Below, in pieces: positions 26,201 through 32,271 of a stretch of DNA of 32,271 nt. The DNA is from a virus (lineage: Duplodnaviria; Caudoviricetes). The stretch spans positions 1 through 32,271 of IMG/VR virus record IMGVR_UViG_3300035041_000082; one strand, written 5' to 3'. Numbering within the stretch: position 1 is the stretch's first letter; each line of letters starts with the position of its first letter. The notes below the pieces were generated by a model, which saw only the letters and a program-made list of their open reading frames with translations, was not told where the DNA came from and made no database searches. The position numbers were made by a program, and so were the translations under genes.

Positions 26201-27403
26201 CTAATTTTCAAAGATATCAAAATGGCTAATTGGAGATCTGTTTCCATTTCTTATCAGATAACAGTTCTCGTCTGATTCCTTATGCTTTATATAGCGTTTC
26301 ACAATAACATCAACAAATCTCTCATCAAGTTCCATCAAGAATGATTTACGATCAAGTTGATCAGATGCAATCATGGTAGATCCAGAACCACCAAAGAGAT
26401 CTAATATTGATTCATGACGTCTTGAAGAATTGCTGATTGCCTTACCTACAAGTTCTAATGGTTTCATAGTTGGATGTTCTTCATTTTTCTTTGGTTTGTT
26501 ATATTCCCAGATGGTATCTTGTGTGCGATCATCAACAAAGTAATGAGCTGCTCCCTCTTTCCAACCATAGAGAATAGGTTCATGTCTCCAATGATAATCT
26601 TGTCTACCAAGGACTAAAGCATTCTTAACCCAAATCAAACATTCAGCTAATTTAAAGCCTGCGTTCTTGAATGCGTTTCTAAAGTTGAGTCCTTCGGTGT
26701 CGGCATGGCAAACATAAATCGCTCCACCTGGTTTTGTATGTTCAAACATATTTTGAAATGCATCATATAAAAAAAGATAGAAGCTATCATCTTCCATCTT
26801 ATCGTTTTTAATCTTTCCAGCTGTTCCTTCATAATCTACATTATATGGTGGATCCGTAAATATCATATCTACTTCTTTTCCATCAAGTAAAGCTGCTACT
26901 TGTTTTGAATCGGTAGAATCCCCACACATTAATCGATGAGGTCCTAGTTCATAGATGTCTCCAAGTTGTGAGAAAGGAACTTCAGGGATTTCATCAGTAA
27001 TATCAAAATCATCATCAGATGCATTATCTGGTAGCAACTCTTCCATTTCATCAAAACCAAACTGGAGCATATCCATATCTATATGAGATAATTCTTCTTC
27101 TAGTTTAGATAAGTCCCAAGTAGCCAGTTCAGCTGTTTTATTGTCAGCTAAGCGAAAAGCTTTGATCTGTTCCTCGTTTAAGTCATCTGCGATAATACAT
27201 GGCACTTCTTCTAAACCAAGCGACACAGAGGCTTTTAAGCGAGTATGACCGGCAATTATGATGTTATCACTTGAGATTACAATTGGAACTTTGAATCCAA
27301 ACTCACGAATGGAATTAGCGACTGCTTCTATGGCCTCTTCATTATGTCTTGGATTATTATCATATTCTAGAAGACTAGTTATCTTCTTCATCACTACTTG
27401 CAT
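26201..27403 (-). CDS. ParB-N domain DNA methyltransferase (N6-A/N4-C, beta class)
   Basis: NPR, FGF..PI, AGHTR, LADNK; DPPY, HPTMKP, LDLFGGSGST. Confidence 0.93.
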   Translation of the reverse strand: MQVVMKKITSLLEYDNNPRHNEEAIEAVANSIREFGFKVPIVISSDNIIIAGHTRLKASVSLGLEEVPCIIADDLNEEQIKAFRLADNKTAELATWDLSKLEEELSHIDMDMLQFGFDEMEELLPDNASDDDFDITDEIPEVPFSQLGDIYELGPHRLMCGDSTDSKQVAALLDGKEVDMIFTDPPYNVDYEGTAGKIKNDKMEDDSFYLFLYDAFQNMFEHTKPGGAIYVCHADTEGLNFRNAFKNAGFKLAECLIWVKNALVLGRQDYHWRHEPILYGWKEGAAHYFVDDRTQDTIWEYNKPKKNEEHPTMKPLELVGKAISNSSRRHESILDLFGGSGSTMIASDQLDRKSFLMELDERFVDVIVKRYIKHKESDENCYLIRNGNRSPISHFDIFEN

Positions 27404-27863
27404 TCGTCCACTTTTCCTCTCTATTTTTCAAACGCTCATACATTGCATCAATCTCTTCTTTTTTATCATTATAGTCACGACCAAATTTTATGATAAGCAA
27501 ATATCTCACCGCATTCATATCTGGTTGTGCTTTTTTCTTATATTTAACTATTTTCTTTTTGGTCCCAGTTTTTGTTTCTTCGATAGTTGTCTGAGTTTCC
27601 TCATATTCGTAACCAACTGCCTTTTTAATTAGGGTATCGATTAATGTATATTTTAGATCATCATTTCCAAAAACAAATGCTTGATTCATTTTAGGATGCC
27701 TGTTCTTAAGTTTATACATTGTCTTTTCTGACATACCAAGAATCTTGGCTATTTCAACTTGAGGTACTGCTTTTGATACAAGTTCTTTTATCTCACTTAA
27801 CCTTTTGTCCAGTATACCGTCACGTTCCCACTTTTCGTAGTAATCAAGCGTATATCCTTTCAT
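27375..27863 (-). CDS. HTH protein, terminase-small-subunit-like
   Basis: QVEIAKILGMSEKT HTH, then LIKKAVGYEYEE...PD..A..YL. Confidence 0.65.
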   Translation of the reverse strand: MKGYTLDYYEKWERDGILDKRLSEIKELVSKAVPQVEIAKILGMSEKTMYKLKNRHPKMNQAFVFGNDDLKYTLIDTLIKKAVGYEYEETQTTIEETKTGTKKKIVKYKKKAQPDMNAVRYLLIIKFGRDYNDKKEEIDAMYERLKNREEKWTNASSDEEDN

Positions 27864-27940
27864 TTAAATCACTCCAACTGTTAGGTTATTAATGTCAAAA
27901 CTGTAATGACTTACCAGTTGAATACTACAATTCTTTCTGC

Positions 27941-27973
27941 AAAAGAAAAAGGAATCCGATCAACTCGAACTCC
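27941..27973 (-). terminator. Terminator/attenuator hairpin in the leader of the packaging operon
   Basis: GGAGTTCGA/TCGGATTCC stem (with G-U pairs) followed by TTTTTCTTTT. Confidence 0.6.
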
Positions 27974-28018
27974 TATTACTTCTAGGCTTACTTTTAGCCA
28001 GTACTCCACGATAAATAC

Positions 28019-28047
28019 ACTCTATCATAATTGTCAAATTTTGTCCA
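28019..28047 (-). promoter_or_regulatory. Candidate late promoter TGGACA-N17-TAGAGT (extended TG)
   Basis: Correct spacing and TGn extension; suboptimal hexamers. Confidence 0.4.
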
Positions 28048-28138
28048 TGAGCGTAAAGCACGATATAGCCCAATTAGACTCTCAAAAGTGTAGTGTGATT
28101 TAATCTAATATAATCTTGTATGATTTATTTTCGTGTGT

Positions 28139-28178
28139 AATACAAGAAATCACAAGGATTATAGAAGGCTTATAGAAA
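28139..28178. repeat. Imperfect 10-11 bp phased direct repeats (TACAAG/CACAAG; TTATAGAA x2)
   Basis: aatacaag aaatcacaag gattatagaag gcttatagaaa. Confidence 0.4.
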
Positions 28179-28182
28179 AAAG

Positions 28183-29070
28183 TTATAAGTTTATTATTTC
28201 CATGCTGTCTTCCAAAGGAATGGCAATTTTTTTTCCTAATAAACTTTTATTTGGTGCTAGGGATTCTAGTATAGCAGTCGGACACATAATGACCAAGCGT
28301 GATTCTTTTTCAAGATAAAATCCCTCTTCTTTAAAAAATAGTGCTTCAAGGAATAACGCATACATGACTAAGTTTACATATTTATGATACTCAACATTTA
28401 AGATACTGACAGCAATTCTATCATTATAGAAATTAATTATTTCTCTAATCTTGTTTATTTTATCTTCTTTTTTATATATGACTTCTTTGAATTCTATGTA
28501 ATCTTTCTTAAGTGATATATAATCTTTGTGACGTGTTTTTTTTCTAATAGTATTTCCTAATTTTATTGAATTACTTTTAGCTAGATTATCTTCTAGTTTT
28601 TGAACTTGTTCAATTATTTGTTTCTCACATGATTTAATTAGTTTATTTGTATCAAATTCAAGTACTCTATCTGAGCCTAATGAATAATATGATCGCAAGT
28701 ATGAATTGTTAGTGTCAGCTGATAAACATAAAATATAGCATTTAACATCAAATGGAATGATATATCCAACATTCAATTCATAATCATATTCTTTCATTCT
28801 GCTATTTTCAAAAACTAAATCAATAAGTTCTTTAATTTCACCTTCAGCATATATGCTTTTAAACTGGTCAGGTAATTGCTTATAAAACATATTCTCTGGA
28901 TGCTCTTTTTTAAGTCTTTCTACGACTTCAAAATAATACGGTTCAAGAAACATTTCGATATTATTACATTTATTGTAATTAGATATATGATTCAACCATA
29001 TTTGCTTAGTTTTTATAATACTCTCTATGCTTTCATCATTAGAATAATGATATAGCTTATTTGAGTGCAT
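28183..29070 (-). CDS. Divergent DUF2971-like protein
   Basis: LYHYS...SII...IWL, YILCLS, V.Y, FK...F..EKESRL; RBS GGAGG. Confidence 0.65.
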   Translation of the reverse strand: MHSNKLYHYSNDESIESIIKTKQIWLNHISNYNKCNNIEMFLEPYYFEVVERLKKEHPENMFYKQLPDQFKSIYAEGEIKELIDLVFENSRMKEYDYELNVGYIIPFDVKCYILCLSADTNNSYLRSYYSLGSDRVLEFDTNKLIKSCEKQIIEQVQKLEDNLAKSNSIKLGNTIRKKTRHKDYISLKKDYIEFKEVIYKKEDKINKIREIINFYNDRIAVSILNVEYHKYVNLVMYALFLEALFFKEEGFYLEKESRLVIMCPTAILESLAPNKSLLGKKIAIPLEDSMEIINL

Positions 29071-29115
29071 TATCGAAACCTCCTGAAGCTCTTAATCAAG
29101 TCAGAAAATATCATT

Positions 29116-32100
29116 CTATAGTCCCCAGAATCTTTCAAAGAACTCGATTAATCTTTTAAGAACATGCTTTTTCTTTTCGCTTCGACTAACACCTTTACTA
29201 TCGCTAAACATAGAAATAGGCGGAAGCACTTTAACAATTGATGTTCCAGTTTCTTTAATTTCACCATTTCTAAATGCTTCGACAATAAATGATTTTGTCT
29301 CTTCTGAATTCAAACTTTCTTCTGATATAATTTTTTCTAGTTCTTCAGCTTTTTTATTTTCGATATATTCACGCCATTCATCAGTTACAGTAGCATCAAC
29401 AGTTAATGAAGCAATGAAGTTTAAAATTAGATCTTTCTTATTTCTTAATGATGGAGATGAATCGATTGCTTTTCTAATTTCGACATCTTTATCTTCAGTA
29501 TGCTCTCCATGATACTTATCAACTAACATTAATATGTAATCAATATTGACTTCCACTGATTTCACAAGCTCAATTTCAAATTCAATCTCTTCATTGATTT
29601 GTTCTGAATCAGCACCACGATTTCTTCGATACTTATCATACAAACCTAAATATATACTTTGGTAATCCTGATAATCGTAATCGCTGATAATCTCATTTCC
29701 TTTAAAATCGTCAAAACTCACCAAAATGTTTTTAGTCTTTAATATTTGATTAAATAATGAGATAAATGCTTTTTCAGCTTTTTCACCGATGATTTCATAT
29801 CCTAGAGGATATTGTTCTAGTAATTCTTCAACCAGATTCTTATAACCTTTGAATCCTTCATAACCTTCATAGTATTCTTTAAATGATTTTAGTAATACGA
29901 TGCCTCCAGCTTCTTTGTCACCAAAGATACTGATTGCTTTATTCACTTGTGGTTCTAGATTTCTAAAACATATAACGTTACCAAAAGTCTTAATAGAATT
30001 CAATATTCTATTCGTTCTCGAGAAAGCTTGAATTAACCCATGCATTCTTAATTTTTTATCTACCCAAATGGTATTCAATGTTGTTGCATCAAATCCAGTT
30101 AAGAACATGTTTACAACAATAAGAAGATCTACTTCTTTGTTTTTAACTCTTAAACTTAAATCTTTATAATAGTTTTGAAATTTATCACTTGAAGTATCAT
30201 AACTAGTACCGAACATAACATTATAATCTTGAATGGCTTGTTCAAGAAAATCTCTTGAACTTTTATCAAGTTTTTCTGTTGATTCGTTATTTTCATCAAA
30301 TATGCCATCAAGTGATTCATTTGGACTCCAACTAAATATTGTTGCAATCTTCAGTCTACTTGCCGGTACATAATCTTCCTGTTGACGTTTAAATTCTAGG
30401 TAATATTTTTTTGCTGCTTTAATACTTGCAACAGCAAAAATAGAGTTAAATCCTGTCGTCTTAATTGATTGTCGTTCTTCTATACTTTTTGTAAGTCTTG
30501 ATTGATATTTGCTCTTTGCTACTTCTTCAATATTAAGAAGTTTACTGAAACTATACGCTTTTTCATTTCGCTTAGTTTTTTGTGCAAAATGTTCTAGTGT
30601 ATAAGATACGTTAACAGCAATACGCAAATCATCAAGTAACGCTTCTTCACGTTTAATATCATATACTTCTTCATTATCATCAATATCTTCAGAAGCTTTG
30701 GCAGTATTCAAGTAATCAATTCTAAAAGGCAATACATTTCCATCATGTATAGCATTTACAATTGTATATGTATGTAACTTAGTACCAAAAGCCTGCTCAG
30801 TTGTTTTTAGAGTAGGGAATTTATTGCTAGTTGATGCATTAATCGCAAAGATTGGTGTACCAGTAAAACCAAAGATATAGTACTTTTTAAATGATTTTGT
30901 AATATCTCTATGCATATCACCAAATTGTGATCGATGACACTCATCAAATATGATAACAACTTCTTCAAGATAGATATTGTGTTTAGGATTCTTCTTAATG
31001 AAAATTGAAAGTTTTTGAATAGTTGTAATAATAATGTTTGCATTAGGATCTTCTAGTTGTTTTTTTAGTACTGATGTACTTGAATTGGAATTTGCAGCAC
31101 CTTTTTCAAATTTATCATATTCTTTCATTGTCTGATAATCTAAGTCTTTTCTATCGACAACAAATAACACTTTCTTAATATGATCTAACTCAGATGCAAT
31201 TCGTGCAGTTTTAAATGATGTTAGTGTTTTCCCCGATCCAGTTGTATGCCATACATAACCACCTGCATCAATTTTTCCATATATTTTGCTGTTATGTGCA
31301 ATATTGATTTGATTAATAATTTTTTCTGTAGCGGCAATCTGATATGGTCTCATAACAAGTAATAAGTCATCAACAGTAAAAACACAGTATTTTGTTAAAA
31401 CATTTAATATGGTATGTTTTGATAAAAAAGTAGCTGTGAAATCATATAAGTCTAAAATATTCTTATTATTAGCATCTGCCCAATAACTCGTGAATTCAAA
31501 TGAATGACTTGTTTTTTTCTTTGTGCCATTTGACCCTTGATTTTCTTTAGTTGCTAATTCTCTTGTAGTATTGGAATAATATTTTGTTTCCGTCCCATTT
31601 GAAATGACAAAAATCTGTGCATATTGGTACAACCCATTATCTGCCCAGAAACTTTCATTTTCATATCTTCTAATTTGATTAAATGCTTCTCTTATTGATA
31701 CACCACGTCGCTTCAATTCAATATGAACCAATGGAAGCCCATTGACAAGAATTGTAACATCGTAGATATTTTTCCTAATACCATCAACTTCATATTGATG
31801 TATTACTTGGAGTTGATTGTTATGGATTTGCTTTTTATCTAGTAATCTTACATTTACAGAGGTATCATCATCGCGTTTCAACGTGTAAATATAATCTTCT
31901 TGTACTTTTCTTGTTTTTTCAACAATACCATCATTAGGATTATCAATGTATTTTCCAAATATCTCATCCCATTCATTATCAGTAAAATTCAGATTATTGA
32001 GACGTTCTAATTGGGAACGCAAATTTGTGATTAAGTCTTCATTACTATGAATATTAACAAAAGTATAACCTTGACTTTTAAGTTGTTTAATCAAATCGTT

Positions 32101-32208
32101 TTCAAGCTCTGCTTCACTTTGATATGATTCAGGTCTTTTAAACTCAGATTTATACTCTGCAACGACAGTTGATTCACTTTGTTGAACTATAATTTTAATT
32201 TCATCCAT
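29116..32208 (-). CDS. hsdR: Type I restriction enzyme R subunit (EcoR124I-like)
   Basis: DVTILVNGLPLVHIELK nuclease, HTTGSGKT, DECHR, FTGTP, MFLTGFD, QAFSRTNR. Confidence 0.97.
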   Translation of the reverse strand: MDEIKIIVQQSESTVVAEYKSEFKRPESYQSEAELENDLIKQLKSQGYTFVNIHSNEDLITNLRSQLERLNNLNFTDNEWDEIFGKYIDNPNDGIVEKTRKVQEDYIYTLKRDDDTSVNVRLLDKKQIHNNQLQVIHQYEVDGIRKNIYDVTILVNGLPLVHIELKRRGVSIREAFNQIRRYENESFWADNGLYQYAQIFVISNGTETKYYSNTTRELATKENQGSNGTKKKTSHSFEFTSYWADANNKNILDLYDFTATFLSKHTILNVLTKYCVFTVDDLLLVMRPYQIAATEKIINQINIAHNSKIYGKIDAGGYVWHTTGSGKTLTSFKTARIASELDHIKKVLFVVDRKDLDYQTMKEYDKFEKGAANSNSSTSVLKKQLEDPNANIIITTIQKLSIFIKKNPKHNIYLEEVVIIFDECHRSQFGDMHRDITKSFKKYYIFGFTGTPIFAINASTSNKFPTLKTTEQAFGTKLHTYTIVNAIHDGNVLPFRIDYLNTAKASEDIDDNEEVYDIKREEALLDDLRIAVNVSYTLEHFAQKTKRNEKAYSFSKLLNIEEVAKSKYQSRLTKSIEERQSIKTTGFNSIFAVASIKAAKKYYLEFKRQQEDYVPASRLKIATIFSWSPNESLDGIFDENNESTEKLDKSSRDFLEQAIQDYNVMFGTSYDTSSDKFQNYYKDLSLRVKNKEVDLLIVVNMFLTGFDATTLNTIWVDKKLRMHGLIQAFSRTNRILNSIKTFGNVICFRNLEPQVNKAISIFGDKEAGGIVLLKSFKEYYEGYEGFKGYKNLVEELLEQYPLGYEIIGEKAEKAFISLFNQILKTKNILVSFDDFKGNEIISDYDYQDYQSIYLGLYDKYRRNRGADSEQINEEIEFEIELVKSVEVNIDYILMLVDKYHGEHTEDKDVEIRKAIDSSPSLRNKKDLILNFIASLTVDATVTDEWREYIENKKAEELEKIISEESLNSEETKSFIVEAFRNGEIKETGTSIVKVLPPISMFSDSKGVSRSEKKKHVLKRLIEFFERFWGL

Positions 32209-32220
32209 TAAAACACCCCC

Positions 32221-32271
32221 TTAGAATGTCAATAATTTATTTCGATAATATTCGTATTGTTTCCTTCTTGC
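32221..32271 (-). CDS. hsdS: Type I R-M specificity subunit, last 16 aa
   Basis: Manual translation ARRKQYEYYRNKLLTF*, the characteristic type IC HsdS C-terminus, 12 nt before hsdR. Confidence 0.85.
   Translation of the reverse strand, partial: ARRKQYEYYRNKLLTF

Larger units (their letters stand above)
3369..27863 (-). mobile_element. Prophage morphogenesis region (HK97-like siphovirus); ends not determined
   Basis: Complete, canonically ordered packaging, head and tail genes; no integrase or att site seen in the window. Confidence 0.92.

Noticed and set aside
3369-27863. Gene transfer agent interpretation
   Set aside because: HNH plus a cos-like site implies sequence-specific packaging, and the moron load fits a temperate phage; absence of early genes may be a window effect.
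27985-28014. SAM-I riboswitch-like words (TTATC, GTGGAG.ACTGGC, AAGCC) upstream of an operon containing MTase and metK
   Set aside because: Lacks the AAGAG junction, GCAACC, GGTGC and closing GAT elements of SAM-I; likely coincidence. An Rfam RF00162 scan would settle it.
1-32271. CRISPR array, tRNA, rRNA, IS element
   Set aside because: No regularly spaced repeats, cloverleaf or transposase noticed by eye; intergenic space is small.

Overview
AT-rich window read almost entirely on the minus strand. It holds the packaging, head, tail and lysis-position half of an HK97-like siphovirus prophage, in transcription order: HTH/TerS-like gene, ParB-DNA methyltransferase, metK, HNH, probable cos, TerS, TerL, portal, protease, capsid, connectors, tail tube, chaperones, tape measure, Dit, Tal-like, fibres, holin-like genes. 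Upstream lie a type I R-M hsdR and the last 16 codons of hsdS. Candidate defence or accessory genes occupy at least six slots: two DUF2971-like genes, an AbiJ-like/DUF559 nuclease plus DUF1643, a PD-(D/E)xK-like gene between TerL and portal, a frameshifted DUF6946-like nuclease in the tail operon, a HEPN-like gene, and a terminal operon. That operon (zincin-like gene, multi-TM protein) ends in a class III nucleotide cyclase missing from the ORF track (300 to <1, truncated) with Pycsar PycC-like features. No endolysin, integrase, repressor or replication gene is visible. A wall-less, code-11 host (Acholeplasmatales-like) is inferred, not shown. All family assignments come from motif recognition by eye; no searches were run.
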